The position numbers were made by a program, and so were the translations under genes. The notes beneath the pieces are model-generated. The model was not told the origin of the DNA and searched no databases. It worked only from the letters and a program-made list of their open reading frames with translations. From assembly GCA_965216295.1 (NCBI GenBank), contig OZ244141.1, positions 161,819 to 225,818 on the forward strand: DNA of 64,000 nucleotides. Direction: 5' to 3'. This DNA comes from Minisyncoccota bacterium. Lineage in GTDB: Bacteria; Patescibacteriota; Minisyncoccia; Phycocordibacterales; JABAAK01. Shown here piece by piece: positions 28,913 to 39,900 of this stretch (position 1 is its first letter; each line of letters starts with the position of its first letter).

Positions 28913-29692
28913 ATGATTATTACAGATGACACACAACGAGAAAACCTTATCACGGCAGGAAAACACTTGCGGATGGTTCTTGATACATTGAGAGAGGCGG
29001 TCGTGCCAGGGATAAATACGGGACAACTTGAGAATATTGCGCAAGAAAAGATTACACAGTTAGGTGACATACCTGCATTTCTTAACTATCAACCACAAGG
29101 GATGCCACGCCCTTTTCCCGCAACGACATGTGTCTCCATTAATCACGAGATAGTGCACGGAGTACCCAATGAGCAGCCACAGAACCTCAAAAGCGGTGAC
29201 ATTGTGAGTATTGATTGCGGACTATCACACAAAGGAGTATTTGTTGACGCTGCCTTTACGATGCCTGTGGGGACAATCAATGAACAGGCAAAGCAATTAA
29301 TAGAGGCAACACGAAAGGCAATTCTTTACGCCACAGTACTCGTTCAGGCAGGCAACACCACAGGTGATATTGGCAGTGCCGTTGAAGAAGTAGCAAAAGA
29401 GTATTCCTTTGTGGTACCACCAGAACTTGGAGGGCATGGAGTGGGTAACGCGCAACACGAAGCACCATTTATCCCAAACATTGGTAACGCAGGTGAGGGA
29501 GCGACACTGCGAGTCGGTGAAGTAATTGCCATTGAACCGATTTTGATGGAAGGTGATGATCCGCGTATCAAACTAGCATCAGATGGATTTACCTATACAA
29601 CGACCGATCCAAACCACCGCGCTGCTCATTTTGAACACACACTCTTAGTTACTAATGGAGCTCCTGTTGTGGTCACAGGCCCTGCATGGTAG
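28913..29692 (+). CDS. map: Methionine aminopeptidase type I
   Basis: CVSINHEIVHG, GHGVG..HE, AIEP and AAHFEHT. Confidence 0.96.
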   Translation: MIITDDTQRENLITAGKHLRMVLDTLREAVVPGINTGQLENIAQEKITQLGDIPAFLNYQPQGMPRPFPATTCVSINHEIVHGVPNEQPQNLKSGDIVSIDCGLSHKGVFVDAAFTMPVGTINEQAKQLIEATRKAILYATVLVQAGNTTGDIGSAVEEVAKEYSFVVPPELGGHGVGNAQHEAPFIPNIGNAGEGATLRVGEVIAIEPILMEGDDPRIKLASDGFTYTTTDPNHRAAHFEHTLLVTNGAPVVVTGPAW

Positions 29693-29731
29693 TGGTGTTC
29701 TTGGAGAGAAGTCACATGCTACACTGAACCA

Positions 29732-30337
29732 ATGGAAAATAACGAATGCATACAAAAAACATGCGTCATGCTCAAGCCAGACGCAATACAACGGACTCTC
29801 GTTGGCGATATTATACAGAGATTTGAACAAGTGGGTCTCAAGATTGTTGCTTTGAAAATGATCCAAGCAGAGACCGCAACTATTGAGAAGCATTACACGA
29901 TAGATCCAGAGTGGAAGAGAAAGGTGGGTGAGAAGGCAATGGAAAGTATGGAAGCACAAGGAAAAAAGGCGACAGAGAAAGCAGAAGAGATGGGAGAACG
30001 GGTCTTAGAGGGGTTAAAGAAATATATGACGGCAGGTCCTGTCATTATTGCTGTTTTGGAAGGTGCCTATGCGGTTCCCTTGGTACGAAAATTAGTTGGT
30101 GGCACTGAACCATTCACTTCAGATGTCGGTACCATTCGTGGTGATTACGTGCTTGATTCCTATGCATTAGCAGATAGTACAGGGCGTTCGATACGAAACC
30201 TTGTCCATGCTTCCAGCAGTACCGGTGAGGCAGAAAAAGAAATTGCCATTTGGTTTTGTGACGATGATTTTGTAAAATACAAGACGGTACATGAACACAT
30301 CCTCTACGATGTGAATTTAGACAATGCAAAAGAATAA
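29732..30337 (+). CDS. ndk: Nucleoside diphosphate kinase
   Basis: LKPDA, GTIRGDY and RNLVHAS. Confidence 0.95.
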   Translation: MENNECIQKTCVMLKPDAIQRTLVGDIIQRFEQVGLKIVALKMIQAETATIEKHYTIDPEWKRKVGEKAMESMEAQGKKATEKAEEMGERVLEGLKKYMTAGPVIIAVLEGAYAVPLVRKLVGGTEPFTSDVGTIRGDYVLDSYALADSTGRSIRNLVHASSSTGEAEKEIAIWFCDDDFVKYKTVHEHILYDVNLDNAKE

Positions 30338-30710
30338 CCACAGCATATTTACCAAAAAACTACAAGTACTTTTCGTTGGTCTTGTTGCTTCCGCAACGCT
30401 TGCCATTGTGCATACCGTGGGGACAGAACAATACCTCTATTGGGTATTTGATTGGTTTGATATAGTAACACACGCAATTGGTGGTATTGCAATTGGTGCA
30501 CTATTGAGTGCTCTCTGTATTAAAAAACGACAATTTATTCTTCCCATACTTGTCCTCGTCTTAGTAGGATGGGAAATATTTGAAACGTGGGCAAAACAAA
30601 TTCCGACAGGGCAGGCTGGATACAGTATTGATACAACAATTGATCTTTTTGTTGGTGGCTCTGCAGCACTCCTTGTTATTTTTCTCTGCAATCGATACCT
30701 GCGTCACTAA
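30324..30710 (+). CDS. Hypothetical integral membrane protein
   Basis: Four hydrophobic segments; WFDIVTHAIGG...WEIFE...DTTIDL. Confidence 0.7.
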   Translation: MQKNNHSIFTKKLQVLFVGLVASATLAIVHTVGTEQYLYWVFDWFDIVTHAIGGIAIGALLSALCIKKRQFILPILVLVLVGWEIFETWAKQIPTGQAGYSIDTTIDLFVGGSAALLVIFLCNRYLRH

Positions 30711-31051
30711 ACGTGGTGTTCAATAATTTTCTTGAAGGTCTCTGGTCGTTGTTGAGCAATATGACTCAACATTTTTCTATTCATACGAGATCCTTTTTTA
30801 TGTAATGCATGTATGAGTGTGCTGTATGAAGCACCGTGAAGTTTTGCTGCTGCACCAATACGAACATTCCAAAGGCGTCGAAAGTCCCCTTTCTTCTTTC
30901 GTCGGTGTGCAAAGGCATGATTGCCCGCATGGAAGATAGCGTCTCGTGCTAGTCGTTCTTTGCTTGACCGTCCCCATCGAAACCCCTTTGCCCGCTGCAA
31001 AAGACTTTTACGATGTTTCAGTGATGTTGTTCCTCGTTTTATTCTTACCAT
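30707..31051 (-). CDS. rplT: 50S ribosomal protein L20
   Basis: MVRIKRG, AKGF, FRRLWNVRI and NRKMLS. Confidence 0.96.
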   Translation of the reverse strand: MVRIKRGTTSLKHRKSLLQRAKGFRWGRSSKERLARDAIFHAGNHAFAHRRKKKGDFRRLWNVRIGAAAKLHGASYSTLIHALHKKGSRMNRKMLSHIAQQRPETFKKIIEHHV

Positions 31052-31065
31052 AGACGTTCTTTATA

Positions 31066-31248
31066 TTATGACAGAAGCATTCGTTGCTGTACTTTCTTTG
31101 GCAAGACAAGGCGTTCGCTTCGTTTGCGATTGAGTTGTTTTGAACGGGGTTCCTTAGCATTAAAGTGACCGTGTCCTTTCTTGCGCACGATGAGTTTGCC
31201 CTGCCTGGTGACGCGGATTCGTGAACGTGCTGATTTATTCGTTTTCAT
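31066..31248 (-). CDS. rpmI: 50S ribosomal protein L35
   Basis: MKTNKSA..RI.VT..GK; lies between infC and rplT. Confidence 0.92.
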   Translation of the reverse strand: MKTNKSARSRIRVTRQGKLIVRKKGHGHFNAKEPRSKQLNRKRSERLVLPKKVQQRMLLS

Positions 31249-31811
31249 ACTGTATTTTTTTTCTTACTCGCTTGAATAACTGTTGAGTATCCTTTCGGGC
31301 TTCTCTTTATCTCTTCGAGAGTGATAAAGGTGCACGGTATCATATCGAGGAAGTGTTGCAACCGTGCTTTCAAAAAATCCTCGTCCATTGATTTATACCT
31401 ACCAAAGAGAAAAAGGTCAATTTTCACTCGGTTGCCATTCGCAATCCATTCACTCACCTTTTTGGCGCGCATATCCATAGTGCCCTGACTTGTTCCTGGT
31501 TTCACTTGTGTACTTTTCAGAACATCAATCACTTTCCCTTTTTCTCTATCCTGTTCTTGCCACTTCTTTTTGAGTTTGTTTTGTTCGTACTGGTACTTGC
31601 CGTAATCGGCAATGCAGGTGACTGGTGGTTTTGCGTTTCCACTCACTTCAATTAAATCGAGCCCTACTCCTTCCGCTCGTCGTATTGCTTCAGCAAGGGG
31701 GAGGATGCCGAGATTCTCATTATCCTGTCCAAGCAAAAGCACTTTAGGAGACCTAATAGCCCCATTGATGCGTGTACGCGGTCGTGCTAATTTCTTTGGG
31801 CCTCTCCTAAT
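31245..31811 (-). CDS. infC: Translation initiation factor IF-3, probable ATT start
   Basis: The frame extends upstream through RTRINGAIRSPKV to ATT at 31811, with no in-frame ATG/GTG/TTG before a TGA. AUU initiation is established for infC. Confidence 0.9.
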   Translation of the reverse strand: MRRGPKKLARPRTRINGAIRSPKVLLLGQDNENLGILPLAEAIRRAEGVGLDLIEVSGNAKPPVTCIADYGKYQYEQNKLKKKWQEQDREKGKVIDVLKSTQVKPGTSQGTMDMRAKKVSEWIANGNRVKIDLFLFGRYKSMDEDFLKARLQHFLDMIPCTFITLEEIKRSPKGYSTVIQASKKKNTV

Positions 31812-31872
31812 ATAGAAACAGTATACAGCAGAGAGATAGGTTCATGCAATCGTGGGTGGTACAGTGCACCAT

Positions 31873-32499
31873 ATGATTCGCTCACGAACACAGTTTGCAC
31901 TCCTTCTAGCAATTGTCAGCATTTTCGGTGCGTTGTTTTTTGTGCAGCAGGATAAGAAGATACTCAACGCCCGTTCGACCGATCATGTGCGAGGAAGTTC
32001 AATTAGTGGTGTTCATCTCATTGAGTATTCTGATTACACCTGCATATTTTGTGCAGCAACACGACCAGTCATCGAGCGTCTCATTGAAGAAGAAGATGTT
32101 CAGGTTTCATATCGCCACTCCTACAATCCTACCAACACAGAAGGAATACGGCGTGCCATTTTTGCTGAATGTGTTGCCCAAACGGCGGGTGAAAAAGCGT
32201 TTGCCACGTACACACAGTTTCTCTATGAAAACCAGCACAGAAACCTTGATGACAAAGAACTCACTACAGAAGCAGTTATTCGAGGATCAAATACGCTCGC
32301 CTTTAATCGCTGTCGTGATGATGACGGAGTGCGAAAAAATATATCCCGTGATAGTGCTGAAGCAAAGAAATTGGGGGCTCTTGGGACACCATTTATCGCT
32401 GTTATACAAAACGGCATACCACTTGGAGCACTCTATGCCAATGAGTACGGTGTGTTTATCGGCCAACTTCGAGAATTACTGGCAAAAAAGAAGCAGTAA
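31873..32499 (+). CDS. DsbA-family thioredoxin-fold protein
   Basis: EYSDYTCIFC and GTP cis-Pro loop; N-terminal TM. Confidence 0.85.
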   Translation: MIRSRTQFALLLAIVSIFGALFFVQQDKKILNARSTDHVRGSSISGVHLIEYSDYTCIFCAATRPVIERLIEEEDVQVSYRHSYNPTNTEGIRRAIFAECVAQTAGEKAFATYTQFLYENQHRNLDDKELTTEAVIRGSNTLAFNRCRDDDGVRKNISRDSAEAKKLGALGTPFIAVIQNGIPLGALYANEYGVFIGQLRELLAKKKQ

Positions 32500-32537
32500 T
32501 AGTGTGGTAACCTGAAAGTAATCACCGCAATCTATTT

Positions 32538-33242
32538 ATGAAACAAAACATGCAACAAAGTATTGGAATACTCGTGTCAGTCTCCATCATGTTTGGGATT
32601 GGGTTTTTGTTTGGTATGCAGTATGAGCAGTTACAGCGTGGAGGAGTTGTACATGTTCCACGTGAAGACGATCCATCAGGTCCTTCGGATGCGCTCGTTG
32701 AGAAAGTGGCGAAGGTGAGAGACGATGATGCTATTTACGGCAACCCCTCAGCACTCATCACCGTAGTTGAGTATTCTGATTTTGAATGTCCGTTCTGTCA
32801 ACGATTTCATCCAACTGTTGAGCGTGCGGTAGATGCTTCTGATGGAGAGATTTCGTGGGTATATCGACATCTTCCATTGTCTTTCCACCCAACCGCAAAA
32901 AAAGCTGCAATTATTGCAGAGTGTGTTAAGCATCATCAGGGCAATGATGCATTCTGGCAGTATGCAAAACAATTGTTTGATGGTGGGGTTTATAACGTTA
33001 ATGCATACCGTCGCATTGCACTTGATATCGGTGTGCAAGCGGGGGATTTGGACACATGTCTTGTCACAGGAAGTCCAGAAGAAAAGACGGTGAACAAGCA
33101 TGAAGCAGAGGCAAGTTCAATTGGCATTGATGGTACTCCAGGAGGTTTTGTGGTAAACACGAAGAGTGGTGCTGTTGCTCCGTTGCGAGGTGCTGTGCCT
33201 GACGCAACATTGGCACAGATAATTGATAGTGTGAGAGAGTAA
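32538..33242 (+). CDS. DsbA-family thioredoxin-fold protein
   Basis: EYSDFECPFC, YRHLPL and GIDGTP. Confidence 0.9.
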   Translation: MKQNMQQSIGILVSVSIMFGIGFLFGMQYEQLQRGGVVHVPREDDPSGPSDALVEKVAKVRDDDAIYGNPSALITVVEYSDFECPFCQRFHPTVERAVDASDGEISWVYRHLPLSFHPTAKKAAIIAECVKHHQGNDAFWQYAKQLFDGGVYNVNAYRRIALDIGVQAGDLDTCLVTGSPEEKTVNKHEAEASSIGIDGTPGGFVVNTKSGAVAPLRGAVPDATLAQIIDSVRE

Positions 33243-33246
33243 CACA

Positions 33247-33981
33247 ATGATTGAAGCAACCGTATCCATTACAGCAGCATTTGTAGCGGGAGTTGTGACA
33301 GCATTTCTGCCGTGTACGTTTCCCATGTTAATTGGCTATCTGGCACTGCTCTCAGGAAGTTCTTCTCGTACTGTCACACAAACTTTACTTCTTGCTCTTC
33401 GTTTCTTTCTTGGTTTTGCGTTAGTCTATACGGCAATCGGTATCGTGGTAGGACTTTTTGGTTTTTTGACTGACACAACCTTCTTTATCGGACGACTGGA
33501 AAACGCATTTTTTTACACTGGTGCATTTATTTTTATACTCCTCGGTCTCGTTATGCTCCGCGCTATTCCTTTACCACGATTTGCACAAAAAGTACGGCAA
33601 TTACCCATCACGTCATTCCTTTCGGTTGATACATGGTATATGCCATCTCTCGTTGGTGCGACGTTTGCTTTGGGGTGGTCACCGTGCATTGGTCCTACCC
33701 TCGCAGGCATTCTGTTTCTCGCCGCAAGCGCAGAGTCAGTTGCTCTCGGCGGTTTTCTCCTCTTTGTCTTTTCGTTGGGGCTTGTCATACCACTTCTCCT
33801 CTTTTCCGTTTTCTATGCGGTGGCGAAAAAGAGAGTTATGGCACTTGCCCGCTTTTCTGATATAGCCAGTACCATTGGTGGTGTGCTCTTCATACTCTTG
33901 GGTATTGGTTTTTTATTCGGTGCGCTTGATACCTTTAGTGCTGTTACCAACCTGTTCGTATCTGATACTTACGGGTTGTAG
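33247..33981 (+). CDS. ccdA: CcdA/DsbD-type transmembrane disulfide transporter
   Basis: FLPCTFPM and GWSPCIGPTL. Confidence 0.88.
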   Translation: MIEATVSITAAFVAGVVTAFLPCTFPMLIGYLALLSGSSSRTVTQTLLLALRFFLGFALVYTAIGIVVGLFGFLTDTTFFIGRLENAFFYTGAFIFILLGLVMLRAIPLPRFAQKVRQLPITSFLSVDTWYMPSLVGATFALGWSPCIGPTLAGILFLAASAESVALGGFLLFVFSLGLVIPLLLFSVFYAVAKKRVMALARFSDIASTIGGVLFILLGIGFLFGALDTFSAVTNLFVSDTYGL

Positions 33982-34031
33982 GAATGGTGTTCGTTTGACC
34001 GGATCGTTTTCAAAGATATATACTGAGAACC

Positions 34032-34202
34032 ATGCAGTATTTCAGAAATGTTATCAAAGAATTTCCATCAATTCGATGGCTCTCTATACGTCGAGTGCTA
34101 TACTTTGCTGTGATTGCTATTGTGATTGCAATTATTGTTGGATACCTGTTGGGGCTTCTCGACAACTCTCTTGGCAACTTGTTAGGTAAGGTTATCGCAT
34201 AA
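34032..34202 (+). CDS. secE: Preprotein translocase subunit SecE (not in ORF track)
   Basis: MQYFRNVIKEFPSIRWLS + TM + GLLD; immediately upstream of nusG. Confidence 0.85.
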   Translation: MQYFRNVIKEFPSIRWLSIRRVLYFAVIAIVIAIIVGYLLGLLDNSLGNLLGKVIA

Positions 34203-34205
34203 TCT

Positions 34206-34763
34206 ATGAAAGATATTATAGAGAAAAAAACAAACAAAGGAGAATGGTATGCAGTTCGTGTGCATATGGGTTTTGAAGAGCAGGTGTGCCGTACTATTCA
34301 ACAGACAATAGATTCGTTGGGACTCAAGGACACCATCTTTCAAGTGATTGTTCCGACTGAAAAGCAGGTGAAAATAAAAGGTGGTAAAAGACGAGAACAC
34401 CGAGAACGCATTTTCCCAGGCTTCATTCTCATCAACATGTTTTTAGAGGATAAGGCGCGACAGGCAGTCTGTGGGATTGAGCATGTCACTGGGTTTGCTG
34501 GTTCACGGTCACACGCAGAGCCACTCTCACACGAAGAGATAGAGACTATCTTTGGACGTATGAGTGAAAGTTCCGTTACCTACAACAAGAGTGATATTGA
34601 AATGGGTGATACGGTGAAGATTACCGATGGTCCGTTTGCTGATTTAGATGGACAGGTCAGTGAATTAGATCCAGAGCGAGGGCAAATAACCGTTTTGATC
34701 CCCATGTTTGGTCGTGAGACACCAGTGCGACTTGACCTCGTTCAGGTACGGAGGATAACATAA
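34206..34763 (+). CDS. nusG: Transcription termination/antitermination factor NusG
   Basis: WYAV, IFPGFILI, KOW GDTVKITDGPF and FGRETPV. Confidence 0.96.
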   Translation: MKDIIEKKTNKGEWYAVRVHMGFEEQVCRTIQQTIDSLGLKDTIFQVIVPTEKQVKIKGGKRREHRERIFPGFILINMFLEDKARQAVCGIEHVTGFAGSRSHAEPLSHEEIETIFGRMSESSVTYNKSDIEMGDTVKITDGPFADLDGQVSELDPERGQITVLIPMFGRETPVRLDLVQVRRIT

Positions 34764-34769
34764 CATAGT

Positions 34770-35192
34770 ATGGCAAGAAAACTAGCACAGATTATTAAAC
34801 TACAAGTGGAAGCAGGCAAGGCAACACCAGCACCACCAATCGGAACAGCACTTGGTCCAGCGGGAATTAATATTGGTGATTTTTGCAGTCAGTTTAATGC
34901 CCAGTCACAAGACAGGAAGGGTGAGATTGTACCCGTGGTACTGTCAATCTATGATGATAGGACATTTGATTTTATACTCAAATCAGCACCCACAACGTAC
35001 TTCCTGAAAAAGGCAGCGGGTATTGAAAAAGGATCTGGAAAGAATGCAATTAAACAGGCAGGGACGGTGTCATTGGCACAGGTCAAAGAGATTGCTGAGA
35101 AAAAAATGAGTGATTTAAATGCTCGTGATATTGATGCGGCAACGAATATTGTCATTGGTACTGCAAAATCAATGGGAATCACCGTTACGTAG
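34770..35192 (+). CDS. rplK: 50S ribosomal protein L11
   Basis: AGKATPAPPIGTALG and GTAKSMGI. Confidence 0.97.
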   Translation: MARKLAQIIKLQVEAGKATPAPPIGTALGPAGINIGDFCSQFNAQSQDRKGEIVPVVLSIYDDRTFDFILKSAPTTYFLKKAAGIEKGSGKNAIKQAGTVSLAQVKEIAEKKMSDLNARDIDAATNIVIGTAKSMGITVT

Positions 35193-35209
35193 GTACGATA
35201 CAATGGAAA

Positions 35210-36880
35210 GTGATGTTGCGCGATACGATACAACAGTACGTCTATGAGGCACTCAAAAAAACTGGGTACACAATTGCTGTGCCAGAAGAGGTAACGCTCA
35301 CCCACCCCCCAGAGCGGTTTGGTGACTTTGCTAGTAATGCAGCATTTATCATTGCCAAGAAACAAGGAGGTCATCCAAAAGAGATTGCGACAACACTTGC
35401 CACTACTATACGAGAAGCAGAACACAAGGAGATACAGAGTGTCTCGGAGACACCAGAAGGATTTATCAATATATATATAACAGAAGAGACACTTCTTGCA
35501 GAAGCACAGAAACTTTTGACGGTAGGATCTGGAGTCATCATTGATCTTTTAGAGGGGAGTCGGGTGAGTGTTGAATATACCGACGCGAATCCATTCAAGC
35601 AACTTCACGCAGGGCACCTCATGACCAATGCAATTGGTGAGTCCCTTGCTCGTATCATTGAAGCAGTCGGTGGTGTCGTTGTCCGAGTGTGCTATCAGGG
35701 AGATGTTGGACTTCATGTTGCAAAGTGTCTTTGGGCACTTGCACAACGGGATGATGATGAGGTGACTGCCCCTATTTTAGGAGAAGCGTATGCGCGTGGT
35801 GATGCAGCATACCGAGAAGGTGGCACTCAGAAAGAAGAAATAGAAAACTACAATCAGTTGATATACGCTCAATCAGATCCGCTGGTCAATTCATTGTATG
35901 AATTAGGGAAACGAGTATCGCTGGATCACTTTGAGGAGATGTACCGTCGTGTTGGTACAAAGTTTGATGAATATATTTTTGAAAGTGAAGCAGCACCCGT
36001 CGGACTTCAAGAGGTGCAAACAGGGTTAACGAAAGGGGTGTTTGTAAAAGATGATGGAGCAGTTATCTTTCAGGGTGAAAAACACAACTTACACACCCGT
36101 GTCTTTATTACTACAAAAGGATTACCAACCTATGAGGCAAAAGAGATAGGGCTTGCGTTGGTAAAAGAGGAACGCATTCGTGCAGAGAGAGATATTGTCG
36201 TTACCGCCAATGAAATTTCAGAATATTTGCGTGTTATTGTTGCGGTGTTGGAAAAACTTCACCCAACACTTGCAAAAAAGATAGAACATGTTTCACACGG
36301 CACGCTCTCGCTTACAGGAGGAAAAATGTCCTCCCGAACAGGAGACGTTTTATCCGCTGATGTACTCCTTGATACCATTGGTACCTCTGTTATGCAACAA
36401 GCAAAGAAGGGGGGCACGACCATCACGCCATCAATTGCTGATGCAATTGCTGTTGCCTCATTGAAGTACGCTATTTTACGCCAGGCACAGAGCAACAATA
36501 TTGTCTTTGACACAGCACAGGCAACATCGTTTGAGGGTGATTCAGGAGCATACCTCCTCTATGCGCGGGTACGAGCAAAAGCTCTGTTGGATCGTGGTGG
36601 GACACCAGATAAAGGGGTGATGCCCTATAGTCACCTGCCACTGTTACGACTCCTCTATCAGTTTGAAGAAGTGGTTGCGCGATCATACACACTCCGTGAG
36701 AGTCATCACCTCGCACAGTATCTCAGTCGGTTAACCAGCGTGTATAGCCATTGGTATGCAACTGAAAAAATACTTGATCAGGAAGATTCAGATGAACGGT
36801 TACAGTTAGTATTGGTATGTATCCAAGTCCTTGAGCGGGGATTAGATCTTCTCGGTATCCGCCCAGTAGATAAAATGTAG
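35210..36880 (+). CDS. argS: Arginine--tRNA ligase
   Basis: FGDFASN, EYTDANPFKQLHAGH, KMSSRTG and GAYLLYARVR. Confidence 0.95.
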   Translation: MMLRDTIQQYVYEALKKTGYTIAVPEEVTLTHPPERFGDFASNAAFIIAKKQGGHPKEIATTLATTIREAEHKEIQSVSETPEGFINIYITEETLLAEAQKLLTVGSGVIIDLLEGSRVSVEYTDANPFKQLHAGHLMTNAIGESLARIIEAVGGVVVRVCYQGDVGLHVAKCLWALAQRDDDEVTAPILGEAYARGDAAYREGGTQKEEIENYNQLIYAQSDPLVNSLYELGKRVSLDHFEEMYRRVGTKFDEYIFESEAAPVGLQEVQTGLTKGVFVKDDGAVIFQGEKHNLHTRVFITTKGLPTYEAKEIGLALVKEERIRAERDIVVTANEISEYLRVIVAVLEKLHPTLAKKIEHVSHGTLSLTGGKMSSRTGDVLSADVLLDTIGTSVMQQAKKGGTTITPSIADAIAVASLKYAILRQAQSNNIVFDTAQATSFEGDSGAYLLYARVRAKALLDRGGTPDKGVMPYSHLPLLRLLYQFEEVVARSYTLRESHHLAQYLSRLTSVYSHWYATEKILDQEDSDERLQLVLVCIQVLERGLDLLGIRPVDKM

Positions 36881-36904
36881 TGGACATAGTAAACTAAAGG
36901 ATAT

Positions 36905-39900
36905 ATGGGGAACACCGAAAGGGACACACCACAAGAAGAGAAACAGACAAACCCAACCACACGACGAGAACTCGCAACGCTTGCCTTCTGGAAGAAAGAA
37001 AAACTGTTTGAAAAAAGCCAACGAGGGTTATCGCCAAAGGGTTGGTTTGCTACGGTACGAGAACGACTGTTTGGTAAACGTCGTTTTGTTTTTTATGACG
37101 GACCACCGTTTGCAACAGGACTTCCACACTATGGCCATCTTCTTGCCAGTGTTATCAAAGATGCCGTGCCACGGTATTGGACGATGCGTGGGTATCGTGT
37201 TGATCGACGATGGGGATGGGATTGTCACGGATTACCACTTGAAGTTGAAATTGAAAAGCGACTTGGGTTGCGCAACAAGAGAGAAATACAAGAGTACGGC
37301 ATTGATGCATTTAATGCACACGCTCGAGAAGCGATAGGGACGTATGAATCTGAGTGGAAGAAGGTGATTGCTCGGATAGGGCGTTGGGTGGATATGGAAA
37401 ATGACTACAAGACAGTGACGACTGATTACATTGAATCGGTATGGCACATCTTTCATACTCTACACACACGTGGCTGTGTCTACCAGGGGCGTAAGGTGTT
37501 GCACTTTTGTCCACGGTGCAGTACAACCCTTTCTAATAACGAGGTGGCTGACTGTTATCAGGACACAGACGACACGGCTGTCTATGTTACATTTCCACTA
37601 ACAGACGATCCTACAACACACTTTGTTGCATGGACCACGACTCCGTGGACACTCTTTGGCAACGCTGCACTGGTAGTTCATAAGGATCTTTCGTATGCCT
37701 ATGTGAAAAAAGGAGAAAACCGCTTTATCGTCCACGAGAAACAAGCACACGTAATTGCCAATGGTACTGTTGAGAAAGTTGTCTCAGGGGATACTTTGGT
37801 TGGTCTTTCATACACACCACTCTACAAAGGTGTTTACACTGGAGAAGAATCAGGCACTTGGAAAGTCTATCACGCACCATTTGTTGATGCTGAAACAGGG
37901 ACTGGTATTGTCCACATTGCTCCCGCATACGGTGAAGATGATCTTCAAGTAGCGCGGAAACACCATCTTCCTGTGACGCATCACATTGATGAAAACGGAC
38001 AGTTTATGGATTCAGTGCAGGAGCTTGTTGGGCAGTCTCCAAAAAGTAAAGGAAGGGATGAAGAGGTGACACAAAAGATTATTACCGTTTTAAATCGTCA
38101 TGGACGGATATTGAAAGAAGAGGTTATGCAACACAGCTATCCGTTCTGTTGGCGATGTGACACACCATTGCTTCACTACGCGACCACCTCCTGGTTTATC
38201 GATGTTCCCAAGTATCGAAACGCCATGGTCGCTGCAAACAAGAATATTCGTTGGGTACCAAGTCACATACGAGACGGTCGTTTTGGTAACTGGGTTGCCA
38301 ATGCAAAAGAGTGGGCTGTCTCTCGTCCACGTTTTTGGGGTGCCCCAATTCCTGCATGGAAAAGTGCATCTGGCAAACACCTCATTATCGATTCTTTAGA
38401 AACCATGATGAACCACATGCGTTCAAAGAATACCTATATTTTTGTCAGACATGGGGAGTGTCAAGGAAACGAGGAAGGGTATTACAACTGTCTTCCAAAC
38501 GAAAAAAACATACTCACCAAACGAGGAAGAAGGCAGGCCTTTGTCGCTGGGCAGAAACTAAAAGCACACAATCCAACGATGATTATCGCTTCTCCTGCAA
38601 CGAGAACACGGCAGACAGCAGCGATTATACAAGAGACATTAGAAGTACCGGTACGAGAAGACCCTGCTGTGTGTGAAATACAAGCACCGTTTTTTGATGG
38701 CAAGTCGATAACAAAATTTGTTACCACAATGCGAGAGCGGGTGAAACAAGATGGTATCGAAGGAGCACCTTCGGGTGGTGAGTCATATGTAGCAGTGTAT
38801 TGTCGTGTTGAAAAGTTTTTACGCACCCTTGAACAAACACACACAGGAGAGACCATTGTTATCGTGACACACAAGTCATGTGTGACAGCAGCAAAGATGA
38901 TAGCTGCTGGTCGCTATCCGAATACATCATTCTATCTTTCTAGTGAGTCTCGTAAACCTCTGTGGCGTATTCCAAACTGTGAGGTTGCTCAGATTCCATA
39001 CCGTCTCGTCCATCGCGATGCAGACGGCGCCGTTGATCTTCACCGTCCCTTTATTGATACGGTAGTACTCTATGACAGTGATGGTGAATCGTATCACCAT
39101 GTCGGTTCGGTGTTTGATTGTTGGTTTGAGTCAGGTTCAATGCCATATGCATCAAACCACTATCCATTTGCCTTGCGAGAGACAAAGAGTGTGTTTAATC
39201 CAAAGACAAAAACAGGATTCCCTGCAGACTTTATCGCTGAAGGGTTAGATCAGACACGCGGATGGTTTTATAATCTTCTTGCTATTGGTGTTGGTGCCTT
39301 TGATGTTGCTCCGTATAAAAATGTTGTTGTCTTTGGTCTTATTCGCGCTGCCGATGGAAAAAAGATGAGTAAACGGCTCAAAAACTATACCGACCCAAAC
39401 CTACTTATCGATCGCTATGGAGCAGATGCGCTCCGCCACTACTTCCTTGCTTCACCAGTTGTTCGTGGTGAAGATATTGATTTCAAAGACGACAGTGTTG
39501 CTGAAATTCATCGTAAGGTATATCTTCGGCTTGATAACTGTCTTCATTTCTATACCACCTACAGCACCCTTCCACACCAAAGAAGAACTGAAGGTACATC
39601 ACAGAGTACCCATCTTTTGGATAGATTTATCCTTTCACGAGTTGCTGACATGCATCGACAGGTGAGTCGTGGTTTTTCAAACTATGAACTTGATGGAGCA
39701 ACTAGTGCCATCGCTCCATTCATTGAAGATCTCTCTGCGTGGTATCTTCGTCGTTCCCGTGATCGTCTTCGTTCAGAGACAGCTGATGGTGTAGCTGCTC
39801 GTGAAACACTTTGGAGAACACTCTTTATCACTGCAAAAACGATTGCACCAATTGCACCGCTGTATGCTGAACACCTTTACCAGGCACTTGGTGTCAAAGG

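Noticed and set aside
31245-31811. ATT start of infC as a novelty
   Set aside because: AUU initiation of infC is well established.
33982-34031. tRNA-Trp expected upstream of secE
   Set aside because: No cloverleaf or T-loop motif is visible; no tRNA or rRNA gene was recognised anywhere in the window.
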